From the NCBI GenBank assembly GCA_964276515.1, contig OZ193909.1:20584001-20648000 (forward strand): a DNA stretch of 64,000 bases. The letters run 5' to 3'. The notes below the pieces were generated by a model that made no database searches, had not been told where the DNA came from, and worked only from the letters and a program-made list of their open reading frames with translations. Below, piece after piece: positions 63,560 to 64,000 of this stretch; within the stretch, counting starts at the first letter, position 1; the number at the start of each line of letters is the position of its first letter. The translations under genes and the position numbers were made by a program. This DNA comes from Gordius albopunctatus (taxonomy: Eukaryota).

Positions 63560-64000
63560 TACTCTCAAATACACATATATTGTAATTGGAGGGGGCATTG
63601 CTGGAATTTCTTGTGCAGAAGAATTAACCACCCTTAACCCACATGCCAAAATTTTGATTATTACTCCACACCATTTGATTAAAAAAATATGCAATTATAT
63701 TAAGGTACATTAAGTCTACAACTTATGTTTTTATGTGATAATAGATAACCAATCACATAGATACTTTTGATGTAGTACAACAAAACTGTGATGAATACAC
63801 TAATAAATTTCCAAATATTAATATAGTTATAGATTCAGTCAAATCTATTGATACTCTATCAAACAAAGTAATATTTTTAATGATAGGCTTTTAAAAATTA
63901 GGTAATTACTCAATTGGCAGTGTATATCTATACCAGATCTATATGCCTTTGCTTAGGCAGCAGGCCAAACATCATAAATGTCAAACATCCATTAGTTATT
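63531..64000 (+). CDS. PYROXD1: Pyridine nucleotide-disulfide oxidoreductase domain protein 1, 5' part; exons 63531-63704, 63745-63867, 63902 to window end
   Basis: YIVIGGGIAGISCAEEL (Rossmann GxGxxG), LIKKICNYIK|ITNHIDTFDVVQQ and ICLCLGSRP match the PYROXD1 N-terminus; introns of 40 and 34 nt. Confidence 0.88.

Noticed and set aside
63902..63945. Possible compensating frameshifts in PYROXD1 exon 3 (alternative frame SIGSVYLYQ)
   Set aside because: The main frame is open and reaches the conserved CLC.G motif; undecidable without an alignment.

Overview
AT-rich animal (invertebrate) nuclear DNA with very short introns (several are 34-41 nt) and dense transposon debris; the species cannot be fixed from sequence alone. 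Apparently intact genes: dynein light chain Tctex-1 (5 exons), RAB3GAP1 (multi-exon, minus), a ladybird/Lbx homeobox gene, a single-exon amine-type class A GPCR, an intronless GH30 glucosylceramidase, MANBAL, and the 5' part of PYROXD1. Hand-splicing shows that the MANBAL CDS overlaps the PYROXD1 start codon on the same strand in another frame. It also reveals a two-exon, 69-aa secreted peptide precursor at 10.5 kb that the ORF track misses. Between 20.8 and 45.5 kb lie intron-bearing gene wrecks (AHCY, TSSK kinase, Arrowhead homeobox, serpin, SLC5 transporter). Mobile elements include several hAT-type MITE families with 8-bp TSDs, non-autonomous Helitrons, a TRIM-like LTR element with matching 252-bp LTRs, an RTE LINE, a CRE-like LINE carrying two nested hATs, and a foldback element whose ~120-bp arms enclose ~930 bp of GAA-rich purine repeat and fill almost a whole TSSK intron. 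All gene identities come from motif recall, not database searches.
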